Of a stretch of DNA of 64,000 bases, positions 46,995 to 57,574 are shown piece by piece. The notes under the pieces are model-generated. The model was given only the letters and a program-made list of their open reading frames with translations, was not told where the DNA came from and did not search any database. The stretch's first letter is position 1. Each line of letters starts with the position of its first letter. The stretch comes from an uncultured Candidatus Saccharibacteria bacterium (GTDB lineage Bacteria > Patescibacteriota > Doudnabacteria > UBA920), in contig CAZEKH010000003.1 in the NCBI GenBank assembly GCA_964512925.1, forward strand, positions 80,772-144,771. The letters are read 5' to 3'. A program made the translations under genes and the position numbers.

Positions 46995-48632
46995 TTATTT
47001 TTCTTGAACTGTCACTTTTATCTTGTTGGAGATTAAGGGTAAATTTTTACGCCAGGAAGGAGCAATTACTACATCAACCCTTTCAACTTCGCTCTCTCTC
47101 CTTATAAGCTCGTCAGCCTGATCTGCGGTTTTGTTTTTTAGCCTGCCAGCTAAATTTTGCATATTGACTGAAAAAAAAGCTTTTCCTTCAAAATGTACTG
47201 ACAAAGACCCCTTCAAACTTGCTATGTCAGAATCTTTTACCGCATAGGAAATAGAGCTACTTTCCGGTTTTTTTAAAATTTTATTTTTTGAAACTGTGTT
47301 TACAACCCTGGCATAAACCAAATCTTCAAGGTCTTTCTTAAAAAATACAAAGCCTGATATTTTTATTTTTAGCTGAGCGTTAAAACTCGGGCTTTCCGTA
47401 CCAGAAGGTTTGTCAGCGGAAAATTCCTGAACTTCTATTTGGAAAGATTTATCCAATAAAACCTTTCCCTGACTGGATAAATTATTCCTTAACGAGTTTA
47501 AAATTTTGTCAGCTAAAGATTTTTGAGCATTGGCAATATCCTGATCTGTAACGACTGATAAATATCTTGTTGTGCCGCCAACTATGGCTGAATCTATGCG
47601 CGCATAGATAACCTGGGGTTTACTGCCTAAAACCTGATTAGTGATTTCCAGTCTGGTTCCCGCGGGCAGGTTATAATTCTCACCGCCCTGTTCAGCCACG
47701 ACTTCGTAAGAATCTCCCAAAGATGCTTCGTCAATTTCTTTGGTTTTTGCATTTGAATATTTTGTGGGCTTAAGGGAAAGCACATCAGAGGTTAGGCGGA
47801 AATTTTTCTCCCCAATGCTAATAATTGTTGTGGCAGCTTTTAAATTTAAAGGCAAGGCCGTAAAATTATAAATTTTAACAGTGCCGGAAGCCTTATTGCC
47901 AACGCTTTTTTTACCCTGGCTTTCAAACTTGCCGCTTTCAAATTTTTCTTCAAAAAGAGCATCTGACTTAATAGCCAGTTTATTTGGGTCTATCCCGCTG
48001 TTTTGCGGGTCTAAAACCACCTCCATATCGCGGATAATTTGTTCAGATTTGGGAAAAATGACAACCTCCCCTTTTGGCAATGCAAACAAAACAAGCCACG
48101 AGGCGCAAAAAAGAGAGACTATAAGAAAAACTGCAGTTAATTTTGTCGGGGTAAAAATACTTTTCTTTTCTACAGCGGGTTTTGTTATAAAAACAGGCTT
48201 TTCTAATTCGGCAGGCGGTGGGGTTTTTGCTATAAAAGTCGAAAAAGCAGGCTTTACTTGCGCAGGTTTGGGCAATTCTTCAGTTTTATTTTCAGGCTTT
48301 ACTGAAGCAACAACGGGTTGTTCAATAATTTTTTGAGTTTGTTGCTTAATGTCAGAAATACCAGTCTGTGTTTTTTTTGCAAACACATCCCTCAGCTCAA
48401 AGCCGGCAGCCAAAGCATATTGCTGGCCTTTTTCATCCATTGTAAAAACAAAAACCTTTTTGTCTAAAATTTCTACTTGTTTTTTTAATAACAACAAGTT
48501 AACCGAATCATGAAATAAAAAACATCTTTTTGGGCACACCAAAATCACCTCGCGGGCTTTTTCTTTTTTTAAACGCGCCGCAACCTTGCTGACATCATCT
48601 TCCAGATTTATGTAGACGCTTGGTAAATTCAT
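46995..48632 (-). CDS. membrane-anchored protein with baseplate-J-like segments (host gene)
   Basis: KASGTVKIYN, VVAEQGGENYNL, IVGG; single TM; outside the att sites. Confidence 0.6.
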   Translation of the reverse strand: MNLPSVYINLEDDVSKVAARLKKEKAREVILVCPKRCFLFHDSVNLLLLKKQVEILDKKVFVFTMDEKGQQYALAAGFELRDVFAKKTQTGISDIKQQTQKIIEQPVVASVKPENKTEELPKPAQVKPAFSTFIAKTPPPAELEKPVFITKPAVEKKSIFTPTKLTAVFLIVSLFCASWLVLFALPKGEVVIFPKSEQIIRDMEVVLDPQNSGIDPNKLAIKSDALFEEKFESGKFESQGKKSVGNKASGTVKIYNFTALPLNLKAATTIISIGEKNFRLTSDVLSLKPTKYSNAKTKEIDEASLGDSYEVVAEQGGENYNLPAGTRLEITNQVLGSKPQVIYARIDSAIVGGTTRYLSVVTDQDIANAQKSLADKILNSLRNNLSSQGKVLLDKSFQIEVQEFSADKPSGTESPSFNAQLKIKISGFVFFKKDLEDLVYARVVNTVSKNKILKKPESSSISYAVKDSDIASLKGSLSVHFEGKAFFSVNMQNLAGRLKNKTADQADELIRRESEVERVDVVIAPSWRKNLPLISNKIKVTVQEK

Positions 48633-48681
48633 CGCATCTATAGTTTATATTTTTTATTTATTTTAATCAAACAAAGTTATA

Positions 48682-49848
48682 TCATAACAAACCTTTATAT
48701 TGAAGCCTTTTTGCAAATGAAATATTTTTACTATTTTCCACCTGTGGCTGATTGAACGGATCAACAGCCCTCAGGACGGAGCTATAAACCGCAAAGAGTT
48801 GCCAAAAGGCCGTAAATTGACCAACTTCATCGGGCGAAAGGCCTAATACTGCCAGGTGAGCGCAAGGAATTCCGGAAACTTTTGCGTCTTCCAAAGTACC
48901 TTGAAGCTCGTACGCAAAAGCCTGCTCTAAAGGAATTTTATTGATATCAAAAAGCGGATGCCCTTTGATCTGCACGCTGTGGGCCTCAGTCGGGTATAAA
49001 TTCAGGCTTGGGCGCATAACCATATCTGTGCCGATAAAAAATCCAATCATATTTTTTATGCCGCCAAAAAATCTTTGGTTGGTGTGATGCTGGCTTTCGG
49101 GCGCTTCTGAAGTTAAAAATGTCTGACCATTGCCTTCTTTGCCAAAAGATTCATGACAAAGCTGTACAACCAACGCTGACATCGGAAAAAGATAGTGGGA
49201 ATAAAAAGGCATAAACACATCAACATATCCTTGCTTTTCTAGTTGCCATAAAACCGATGCGGCTTTAAACGCGAGATTATCTTCAGGATATTTTTGCAGA
49301 ACTTTTTTTCCGCCTTTATACAAAGCTTTAACATCAATGCCACAAAAAGCAGCGGGCAGAAGTCCGACCTCGGTAAAACCCGTATATCTTCCCCCGATTT
49401 TCGGATGCTCCACCACGGTTAGTTTAAGTTTTTCCGCAATATGAAACAGCGGGGTATTTTTTTCCGTTACTACCAGCATCGGAAAAGACACAAACGGCAT
49501 CGTCATTTCCAGCTGCATTGTGTTTTCCCCAGATTTGCTAATGCAAAAAACCAAAGTATTTTCCGGCCTTAAAGTTTGTTTTAGCTCATAGATATAATCC
49601 GGATCCAAAGTGCTTAAAAAATACGCTTGTTTTTTTGTTTGGTACTTCAAAGCGTGGTAAAACCCGTAAAAACTGGAGATGCTTCCACCATTGGCAATAA
49701 TCAAAATGTTTTCATACTTGCCGTATTCTGAAACCAATTTTTCCATAGCCTCAAAATCCGGCTCATACGACAAAAACAGCGGGTCTTCCGGCAATTTAAT
49801 TTCCGAGATTTTCTGAGGCGCTGGACAGTTGTAAAAATTGAGGTTCAT
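48682..49848 (-). CDS. pgi: glucose-6-phosphate isomerase family (SIS)
   Basis: ISKSGENT, IGGRYT, ESFGK, QH, DPFNQPQVENSK. Confidence 0.78.
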   Translation of the reverse strand: MNLNFYNCPAPQKISEIKLPEDPLFLSYEPDFEAMEKLVSEYGKYENILIIANGGSISSFYGFYHALKYQTKKQAYFLSTLDPDYIYELKQTLRPENTLVFCISKSGENTMQLEMTMPFVSFPMLVVTEKNTPLFHIAEKLKLTVVEHPKIGGRYTGFTEVGLLPAAFCGIDVKALYKGGKKVLQKYPEDNLAFKAASVLWQLEKQGYVDVFMPFYSHYLFPMSALVVQLCHESFGKEGNGQTFLTSEAPESQHHTNQRFFGGIKNMIGFFIGTDMVMRPSLNLYPTEAHSVQIKGHPLFDINKIPLEQAFAYELQGTLEDAKVSGIPCAHLAVLGLSPDEVGQFTAFWQLFAVYSSVLRAVDPFNQPQVENSKNISFAKRLQYKGLL

Positions 49849-49892
49849 TTTTTAGGACTGAGATTATAGGGCTAAGGTTATAGGGCTAAGGG

Positions 49893-51683
49893 CTAACTTA
49901 TTACCGCTTTAATCCTTCTTACTCCCGCAGAGGAGGCTTCTTCTTTTTGGATTTTAAAATTACCGATTATTCCCGTATGCTCAACGTGGGGGCCGCCGCA
50001 GAACTCGCGCGACACAACTTCATTTGTTTTAGGGTCAAAAACCGTATATATGGAAACAGTGTCCGCGTATTTTTCGCCGAACACGCCGATAGCGCCAAGC
50101 TCTTTGGCTTTTTCCTGGGGCATAATTTCTTTTTTTACTTGCAAATCCCTGGAAATCCAGTCGTTAACCAAAGCCTCCACCGAAGCTATTTCTTCAGAAG
50201 ACATCTTTTGGCTGTGGGTAAAGTCAAACCTGGTGCGCTCTTCGGTGATATTGCTCCCCTTTTGCCATACATTGTCGCCCAAAACTTGGCGTAAAGCCGC
50301 GTTCATCAGGTGCGTTGCGGTATGAAGCCTGACTATTTTTTCACTATGAGAAGCAAGTCCCCCTTTAAACTGTCCTGCTGAGGCAGTGCGGGAAAGCTCT
50401 TGGTGTTTTTTAAATTCTTCTTCAAACTGGGTTTTGTCTATTTTTTGCCCGAACTGTTCAGCCAATTCTTTAGTTAGCTCCCAAGGAAACCCGTAAGTCT
50501 GGTAAAGATCAAACGCATCTTTCCCGGATATTAGTGTCATTCGGGTGTCATTTGCAGATTCGTGTCGAGTTAACTTTTCAAATTCTTTCAACCCTTTCTC
50601 TAAAGTGCTTTCAAACTTCTTCTGTTCTCCCTCAATGATTGAAAAAATATTTTCTGACTTTTCTACAAGCTCAGGATAGCTTTCCGCATAAACGGTGATT
50701 ACCTGCCCAACCAAAGCTTTTAGCCAGTGGTTTTTGAGGTTCAAAAGCCGCCCCATTACCAAAGCCCGACGTAGCAAACGCCTTAAAACATATCCGCGGT
50801 CTTTGTTGGAAGGCTCCACGCCGTCAGACACCATAAACACGCTGGCGCGGATGTGGTCTAAAACAATGCGGCCTTTTTTCACTTCGTCGTTGGACATAAT
50901 CTCCTGATCCAAAGCCAAAACATCCCACATCGGTTTAAACAGTTCAGTGTCATAAACCGAACGTTGTCCCGACAATACCGCTAAAACGCGGTCCAGCCCC
51001 ATACCCGTGTCTACATTCTGCTTTTTTAACGGCACGAGTTTTCCGTCAGGCAATTTTTCAAACTGCATAAACACGTCATTCCAAATCTCAACCCATCTGG
51101 GCTCGTTGACATCATAAGAAGCCGGCGCTGGAGTGCCGTCGTCTATCCAGTAGTGCATCTCCGTATCCGGGCCGCAAGGACCGGTATTTCCCGCTATCCA
51201 CCAATTTTTTTCTTTAGGCAAAAACGAAATCCGGTTTTCAGGCACGCCCAAAGCTTTCCAGATTTCCGCGGATTCTTCGTCCCTTGGCGTATCTTCATCC
51301 CCGGCAAAACAGGTAAAAGCCAGTCGTTCTAGAGGGATGCCGAGCCACTCTTTGGAAGTCAAAAATTCAAAACTCCACTCTATGGCTTCTTTTTTAAAAT
51401 AGTCGCCAAAACTCCAGTTGCCCAACATTTCAAAAAATGTGAGATGAGTATCATCCCCAACTTCGTCTATATCGCCAGTCCTGACGCACTTTTGCACATT
51501 GGCGACCCTTTTGCCGCCCGGATGCTCCTGGCCAAGCAAAAAAGGCACCAAAGGATGCATCCCGGCCGTGGTAAACAAAACCGAAGAGTCGCCCTCCGGA
51601 ACCAAAGAAGCTGAAGGGATGATGGTATGCCCCTTTGACTTAAAAAAGTCCAGATATTTTTTTCTTAAACCTTGCGAGTACAT
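49893..51683 (-). CDS. alaS: alanine--tRNA ligase, short form lacking C-Ala
   Basis: LFTTAGM, HLTFFEMLGNWSFGDYFK, HTATH, FCGGPHV. Confidence 0.96.
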   Translation of the reverse strand: MYSQGLRKKYLDFFKSKGHTIIPSASLVPEGDSSVLFTTAGMHPLVPFLLGQEHPGGKRVANVQKCVRTGDIDEVGDDTHLTFFEMLGNWSFGDYFKKEAIEWSFEFLTSKEWLGIPLERLAFTCFAGDEDTPRDEESAEIWKALGVPENRISFLPKEKNWWIAGNTGPCGPDTEMHYWIDDGTPAPASYDVNEPRWVEIWNDVFMQFEKLPDGKLVPLKKQNVDTGMGLDRVLAVLSGQRSVYDTELFKPMWDVLALDQEIMSNDEVKKGRIVLDHIRASVFMVSDGVEPSNKDRGYVLRRLLRRALVMGRLLNLKNHWLKALVGQVITVYAESYPELVEKSENIFSIIEGEQKKFESTLEKGLKEFEKLTRHESANDTRMTLISGKDAFDLYQTYGFPWELTKELAEQFGQKIDKTQFEEEFKKHQELSRTASAGQFKGGLASHSEKIVRLHTATHLMNAALRQVLGDNVWQKGSNITEERTRFDFTHSQKMSSEEIASVEALVNDWISRDLQVKKEIMPQEKAKELGAIGVFGEKYADTVSIYTVFDPKTNEVVSREFCGGPHVEHTGIIGNFKIQKEEASSAGVRRIKAVIS

Positions 51684-52314
51684 TTTCTGTAGTACTAATA
51701 CTTTTAATTTTATCTAATTCAGATTGTGTTATTATTTCTCTCAGTTTAACTTTTTTTACAGGATATCCTTCTTTTGAATTATTTGGTCTGATATCAATCT
51801 CCCAATCATCACTATAAGAATCATTATGAAAATTTGGATTATTATGTATCTTAACTACTTTATATGATTGATTTAAATCTGCATAATAAACTATAGTCCC
51901 TATATCACATTCAAATTTGTGAACCCTTTCATTAAAAATCAAAAAATTATGCCTTCTTAAATTTTCAAAAGCTTCTTTCTTTTGTAAAGATAAGTCCTCA
52001 ACGCTTATTTCTTTTTTTGCTTTTTGAAAATTTGTTTCTGTAACCAAATCGGAAAGAGGAAATTGTTTTTTTATTATTTCACCATCAGGTTTTGTTAACT
52101 CAGCATATTCTGTATTTCCTTCACTAATAAAACTTTTAATTTTAAGTCGCAAACCTTCAAAATCAGGATGATATACCGTATCCCCCACTTGATAAAGTGT
52201 AGCAGCGCCTTTTAAGTCCTGTTCGGCAAATGCATTATCCAATACATAACGAAAACTGTCTGAATGTTTGGGTGTTTCTTGATCTCCTTTAGGGCCCAAA
52301 TGTTCACCCCGCAT
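51640..52314 (-). CDS. hypothetical protein
   Basis: 224-aa AT-rich ORF between the protease and alaS. Confidence 0.55.
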   Translation of the reverse strand: MRGEHLGPKGDQETPKHSDSFRYVLDNAFAEQDLKGAATLYQVGDTVYHPDFEGLRLKIKSFISEGNTEYAELTKPDGEIIKKQFPLSDLVTETNFQKAKKEISVEDLSLQKKEAFENLRRHNFLIFNERVHKFECDIGTIVYYADLNQSYKVVKIHNNPNFHNDSYSDDWEIDIRPNNSKEGYPVKKVKLREIITQSELDKIKSISTTENVLARFKKKISGLF

Positions 52315-52315
52315 A

Positions 52316-53590
52316 TTATTTTCCTATCTCTTCCAAAGCCTTGTCCATTTGGGGGTCTTTGGAATTATTAATATCATCTTCGGTGAGTTTCACCTCGATG
52401 TCGGGGTTAAGCCCGTCTTTGTTTAAATTTTTCCCTCCCGGGGTTACCCATTTGGCGATAGTAACTTTTACAGCCGCTCCGCCTGACAAATTCACGAGCT
52501 CCTGGACACTGCCTTTGCCAAAAGTTTTTTCGCCAATCAAACTTGCTTTGCTATGGTCCTTTAAAGCTCCGGCTAAAATCTCGGAAGCGGAAGCGCTGCC
52601 GCCGTTTATTAAAACCAAAGTTTTTATACCCAAAAGCCTTTGGTCCCTTAATACCTTGTGTACCACAGGTTCGCTGCTAGTTCGCTCTTCGGTCACGGCG
52701 GTTTTACCTTCTTCAACCCAGGCTGAGATCAGGTTCACCGAGGTTTCAAGGTACCCTCCGGGGTTGTTGCGAAGGTCTAAAACTATTCCTTGCACTTTTT
52801 TGGTTAATATTTCGTTGACTGCGGCGGAAAAAAGACTATCCGTATCGTCGCCGAACCTGGAAATACTTAGTAAGGCGATAGTTTCTTTTTTTCCATTTTT
52901 TTCAACTTCTTTAAATTCCAGTTTTACGCTTTTATTTTTTATACTATCCCGGACAATAGTCAGGTCAAAAGGCTTCAACCTGCTGGCTCTGTAAATATTC
53001 AGCACGACCGAGGTGCCTTTTTTTCCGCGGATTTTTGACACCGCTTCCTCTACTGTCCAGTTCTCCGTGCTTTGACCATCAACTTTGAGGATGATATCCT
53101 GAGCCAGGATGCCGGCTTTTTTCGCCGGAGTATCGTCTAAAGGCGCAACTACTGTTATTACTCCATTTTTTTTACTAATCTCGGCGCCAATGCCGTCGAA
53201 TTCCCCTTTTAAGTCGGTTTTAAAAGTTTCCAAATCTTTGGGTTCAAAAAAAGCCGTATATGGGTCGCCGGTTGAAGCAACCGCCCCTCGGATAGCTCCA
53301 TATAAATACTGCTGGGCTGTTGGCGGTTTTTCTATGTATTTTTTATTTACCACGTCTATGGCTTCGTTTAAAAGCCCATAATCAACATCTTTCGGCAGCT
53401 GATCCTGGTTTACGACCTGAAAAGTTTTAGGCTGAAAAACATAACCCTGTTTGCCATATTTATTGCCCACCAAAAATCCTATCATAAGCAGCAAAAACAC
53501 GGTTACGGTTTTGCGAATTTGGTTGGAATTTTCAGGCTTATGAGGCACCGGGATTTCTACCCTACCTGCTTTTTCATTTTCTATGTCCAT
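52316..53590 (-). CDS. S41 carboxyl-terminal processing protease (CtpA-like)
   Basis: PDZ GIGA, LDLRNNPGG, SASASEI, TFGKGSVQ. Confidence 0.93.
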   Translation of the reverse strand: MDIENEKAGRVEIPVPHKPENSNQIRKTVTVFLLLMIGFLVGNKYGKQGYVFQPKTFQVVNQDQLPKDVDYGLLNEAIDVVNKKYIEKPPTAQQYLYGAIRGAVASTGDPYTAFFEPKDLETFKTDLKGEFDGIGAEISKKNGVITVVAPLDDTPAKKAGILAQDIILKVDGQSTENWTVEEAVSKIRGKKGTSVVLNIYRASRLKPFDLTIVRDSIKNKSVKLEFKEVEKNGKKETIALLSISRFGDDTDSLFSAAVNEILTKKVQGIVLDLRNNPGGYLETSVNLISAWVEEGKTAVTEERTSSEPVVHKVLRDQRLLGIKTLVLINGGSASASEILAGALKDHSKASLIGEKTFGKGSVQELVNLSGGAAVKVTIAKWVTPGGKNLNKDGLNPDIEVKLTEDDINNSKDPQMDKALEEIGK

Positions 53591-53647
53591 AGTGTGATTT
53601 TAATATGATTTATTATACCAAAACTTAATTTCAAACGCTAATTTTCC

Positions 53648-54679
53648 TTAACCGCTGACTTTGGGAGATTTTTTAAAATAATTTATTGCGGTTAAAAGAA
53701 ATAGTCTGATATAGATGGCTAAAAACACCGCCCAATTAAAAATAAAAAGATATTTTTTAGCGTAGTATTTCTGATAAAAAATCCACATCGCCTCGTGAAA
53801 CCACTTTAAAGCACGAAACGGGACTTTACGGGAGGACGAGCCTTTAAAGTGGGTGATAAATGCCGTAGGGTGATACCAGACTTTAAACCCGGCTTCTTTG
53901 CATCGCCAGCACCAGTCAATATCTTCCCCATACATAAAAAACTTTTCATCAAGCAAACCAATTTTTTCTACAACTGATTTTCGGATAAGCAAAAACGCGC
54001 CCATACAACTATCTATCTCCATACTCTGGTTTTCATCCGTGTCCAGCATATTATAACTTGTTCCCTCTCCCCGTCTAAACGGGGGGAGGGATTGAGGGAG
54101 GGGGTTGAATAACCCATCAACCCTCAAAAACCTCGCCAAAGCATTCCAAGGATTTGGAAACCTTCTTCTGCAAGCTAAGTCCAATTTTCCATTTTCTAAT
54201 ATTACTTTACAAGTTACAATACCCACATCTTCCCGCTTCTCAATAAACTCCAAAGTCGTTTTTAAAGTATCTTTTTCTACTTTTGTATCCGGATTGAGCA
54301 AAAGTATATATTTTCCTCTAGCCCGCCTAATCCCTAAATTATTTCCGTGCGCAAACCCAGTATTAGTATTGCGAAGCAATTCAAATTTTCCCTCCCCAGG
54401 CGTGGGGAGGGTGTCCCGATGGACATCGGGACGGGAGAGGTCGAACGAAGGATTATTTAACAAACCTTCAAGCCATTGCCCAGTTCCGTCAGTTGAACCG
54501 TTATCTATAACAATCACCTCAGCCAAGTACCCATTATCTCCCCTCTTTACTAAAGTGGGGACTTGGGAGTTCTTTCCACTGGTAAACAAAACCCCCTCGC
54601 TCCCCCCCAAACTCAAAAACAACCGCTCTAAATCGGTTTTGGAGTTGTAGGAAAGGATTATTATTGAGAGTTTTACCAT
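53648..54679 (-). CDS. glycosyltransferase family 2 with palindrome-derived insertions
   Basis: IDNGSTDG, GFAHGNNLG, LLNPD, FFMYGEDIDWC. Confidence 0.9.
   Translation of the reverse strand: MVKLSIIILSYNSKTDLERLFLSLGGSEGVLFTSGKNSQVPTLVKRGDNGYLAEVIVIDNGSTDGTGQWLEGLLNNPSFDLSRPDVHRDTLPTPGEGKFELLRNTNTGFAHGNNLGIRRARGKYILLLNPDTKVEKDTLKTTLEFIEKREDVGIVTCKVILENGKLDLACRRRFPNPWNALARFLRVDGLFNPLPQSLPPFRRGEGTSYNMLDTDENQSMEIDSCMGAFLLIRKSVVEKIGLLDEKFFMYGEDIDWCWRCKEAGFKVWYHPTAFITHFKGSSSRKVPFRALKWFHEAMWIFYQKYYAKKYLFIFNWAVFLAIYIRLFLLTAINYFKKSPKVSG
54061..54105. repeat. intragenic palindromic element
   Basis: TTCCCTCTCCCCGT...ACGGGGGGAGGGA-TTGAGGGAGGGG. Confidence 0.7.
54389..54442. repeat. intragenic palindromic element
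   Basis: CCCTCCCCA..TGGGGAGGG and GTCCCGATG..CATCGGGAC. Confidence 0.7.
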
Positions 54680-54957
54680 TGATTTTTTAAAAATAATATG
54701 ATATACAAACTAAGTCCGAAATCGAGAAATTGGAGGAGAGTATGGCAGAGGCTAAACAAGCTTGGCGGAGTTCCAATTCTGCTTCGCTTAGACGAGTCAG
54801 CCCAGCAGGGACAAGGCTGGTGGAGCAAATTTTGTGATATGGGTATTGAAAGTGGCGTCATGATGCGGGTAGTAGAGCTGCAATACTTTAAACTCCCAGC
54901 AGCCACTGCCGCCGAATAGGCCGCCGCCGCAAACGCAGTTTCTTCTGCCGCGCCTTG

Positions 54958-56019
54958 TTAGGCCTCCGGCAGTTTTTTTATTATGCTTCTCTTTTTCCAC
55001 ATCATCGGCAAAGTTTTAAAAAAATCCGGAAGAACTTTTAAGGTACTTATTTCAAACAGCAATATGTAGATTAACATAAAAAACTCGCGGAAGAAAAATT
55101 GGGGGTAAAAGTACTTGGAGTTTTTTATGTACATGTAAATATGGTTGGTCCAATTGAGTTGTTTGATTTTTGGATTTAATTGTTTATGATGCTTAATAAA
55201 AGCCAAAACATTTAAGTAACCTTTTTTTGAAGACCCGGCAGTACGGCCGTGGAAAGCTATGGCCTTTGGCGCAAACTTGCATTTCCATCCTTTGTTCACC
55301 ATCCGCCAAGCTAAATCCACATCTTCCCAGTAGCTATGGAAATCGGAGTCAAAATATTCTGTATTAGCTTTTAGCTTATAGCTTATAGCCTTTAGGGCAG
55401 AAGCCCTGTACATTGCCCCGGCTCCGGACACTGCTTGAACATCGGTTAGTAAATCATATTGCCCGAGGTCAGTCTCCCACTGCCCCCTATCCCTCGCCCT
55501 TCCCGACTTACTAATTGTCACCCCAGTTGTATCTAATGTTTTACAATCTTCAATCTTCAATTTTAAATCTTCAATTTTAAACAGTTTTCCCGTCGCGGCT
55601 CCGACTTTTTCATCTTCAAAAACTTCAAGCATCTTTTCCATATAATCCGCCTGCATTATTAAATCCGGATTTACAAGTTGAAAAAATTCTGGGCTACATT
55701 CAACCTCTCCCCGACCCTCCCCACCCGCCTGCAGCGTTATGCGCAGCATTTCGGGCAGGAGTCTTGGGGAGGGAGACAAATTTGAATACTTCTCAAACAC
55801 CAAATTATGCCCTTTGGCAAAACCTATGTTATAGCCCGGATCAATGATTTCCACCTGCGGGAATTTTTCCATCAAAAGTTCCTTGCCCCCGTCATCATTT
55901 CCAGCCACTACCACCACGGCTTTAAAATCTTTAAAGGTTTGGTTAAAAAGCGCGGTAAAAACAGGCTCAATCCATTTTTTACTATTGTAAATAACTTGTA
56001 CGACTATAACTTTAGGCAT
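54958..56019 (-). CDS. glycosyltransferase family 2
   Basis: NIGFAKGHN, LVNPD, YWEDVDLAWR. Confidence 0.9.
   Translation of the reverse strand: MPKVIVVQVIYNSKKWIEPVFTALFNQTFKDFKAVVVVAGNDDGGKELLMEKFPQVEIIDPGYNIGFAKGHNLVFEKYSNLSPSPRLLPEMLRITLQAGGEGRGEVECSPEFFQLVNPDLIMQADYMEKMLEVFEDEKVGAATGKLFKIEDLKLKIEDCKTLDTTGVTISKSGRARDRGQWETDLGQYDLLTDVQAVSGAGAMYRASALKAISYKLKANTEYFDSDFHSYWEDVDLAWRMVNKGWKCKFAPKAIAFHGRTAGSSKKGYLNVLAFIKHHKQLNPKIKQLNWTNHIYMYIKNSKYFYPQFFFREFFMLIYILLFEISTLKVLPDFFKTLPMMWKKRSIIKKLPEA
55704..55776. repeat. intragenic nested palindromic element
   Basis: CCTCTCCCCGACCCTCCCCA...TGGGGAGGGAGA enclosing GCCTG...CGGGC. Confidence 0.65.
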
Positions 56020-57574
56020 TGGATTTAAGTTTTTTATAGTTAGTAACCACCACTCCGGAAAGCAGGAGGTTGATAAAAAAATACATCAGCACTTTGTCGT
56101 TAAACAAAGTAATGTCAAAAAACCCGGCTGCCAGAACCCATAGCGCGGCGAGAAAAAACTGCGCTGCCAAATAAATATAAAAATCTTTTTCTTTTAGATG
56201 CGCTTTTAAAAACTCAAACAATGTTTTTAAAACTTTGTAAAAAAACAGTAGGAATAAGCCCAAACCCACAAACCCTGTTTCCACAAACACCTGCAAAAAC
56301 AAACTATGCGCCGAGACAAACCTGGCTGGCAAATTATATTTCTCATTTACCCTACCTGCCAAATCTTCATAGGAAATTTTGCTTTCAGGATCTGCTGCCG
56401 CAACTAAAAAATTCTGCAGTCCAATGCCCCAGGGGTGTTTGGTGCCATAAATCAAACTGCTTTTCCAAATCTCAATTCGTCCCGCGTTAGAAGACTCTTT
56501 TAGATCATAAATGCTTTTCGCCCTGTCTAAAAAATTCTCTTCAAATTTTCCAATTCTGAGCGTTGACAATCCTTTGTTGATTAGTGGGGAAATAATCAGC
56601 AGTAAAAACAAAATCACAAACGGCCATTTAAATTTTTTTACCAAAGCCGGCATAAAATCCTTAAGCCAGGCTATGGCCACAGCCAAAACCGGAAGCATTG
56701 CTCCCGCCCAAACCGCCCGAGTGCCGGAAAGCATCACCCCCATACCGGCAAACCGAATGCCTGACCACAACCATTTTCGTATATGCACAAAAACTTCACG
56801 AGTCAATGCAGTCCCCAGACACAAACCGAACATACAAACATAAGCGAAAGACTGGGAATCCGGCATTATAGAAAACATTCTGAGATTTCTTCCGCCCACA
56901 TACGAAAACCAGGAATTGGAATATAAAGCTACGCTGGAAAAATAACTGCCATAGTACAGCTGGCTTATGTTGGAAGCCCAATACACCCAAAAAGTATCAA
57001 GGTTGGTTAAAAAAGTTCCAATCAGCTGGGCAAAACCCAAAGTTACTATAATTGTCAAAGACCAGATGGTAAATTTCACGGTTTGGGAAACCTGCTCTTT
57101 TGTTTTTATCACATTGCTTCCCACCAGATAAAACAAGTAAATATTCAAAAAAAATATCAACTGTTTTATTCCCGGAATTTTATATTCCGCAAAAGCCAGA
57201 ACAGAAAACACGGCTGCCAAAAAAAACCACAGCAAGTATTTGTCCCAAGGCAAAAATTCCACTGATTTTAACTGGAGTTTTTTTTCTTTTATTAACCAAA
57301 CCATAAAGAGCAAAACAAACAACGGCCGCCACATCGACAAGCTGTCAAAGGGCAGACCCGGCAAAACTAAAAAAAACGGAATAGATAATAATAAAAGTAA
57401 AAAACCTTTATAAGCGCCAAATAAAAAGATAAAAACAGAGATCAAAGTAAAATTCACCCAAACCAAATTCGGTGAGACACCAAGCATCCCTGTAAGGAGG
57501 ATAGAAATGTATTGCCAGATCACGAGCAAAATTATCAGGCTAAGTGTTTTATTTGATGTAAAATATTGAATCAT
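56012..57574 (-). CDS. O-antigen ligase/polymerase family membrane protein
   Basis: Many TM segments; LSGTRAVW, GRIEIW, HPWGIG, SAHSLFLQVFVETG. Confidence 0.85.
   Translation of the reverse strand: MIQYFTSNKTLSLIILLVIWQYISILLTGMLGVSPNLVWVNFTLISVFIFLFGAYKGFLLLLLSIPFFLVLPGLPFDSLSMWRPLFVLLFMVWLIKEKKLQLKSVEFLPWDKYLLWFFLAAVFSVLAFAEYKIPGIKQLIFFLNIYLFYLVGSNVIKTKEQVSQTVKFTIWSLTIIVTLGFAQLIGTFLTNLDTFWVYWASNISQLYYGSYFSSVALYSNSWFSYVGGRNLRMFSIMPDSQSFAYVCMFGLCLGTALTREVFVHIRKWLWSGIRFAGMGVMLSGTRAVWAGAMLPVLAVAIAWLKDFMPALVKKFKWPFVILFLLLIISPLINKGLSTLRIGKFEENFLDRAKSIYDLKESSNAGRIEIWKSSLIYGTKHPWGIGLQNFLVAAADPESKISYEDLAGRVNEKYNLPARFVSAHSLFLQVFVETGFVGLGLFLLFFYKVLKTLFEFLKAHLKEKDFYIYLAAQFFLAALWVLAAGFFDITLFNDKVLMYFFINLLLSGVVVTNYKKLKSNA

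Noticed and set aside
46995-48632. Baseplate-J-like gene as part of the prophage or a second phage
   Set aside because: It lies outside the att sites among housekeeping genes and has a TM anchor.
52341-54650. Long plus-strand ORFs (52341-52994, 54105-54650) and similar shadow ORFs elsewhere
   Set aside because: They are antisense to well-supported genes and have no motifs.
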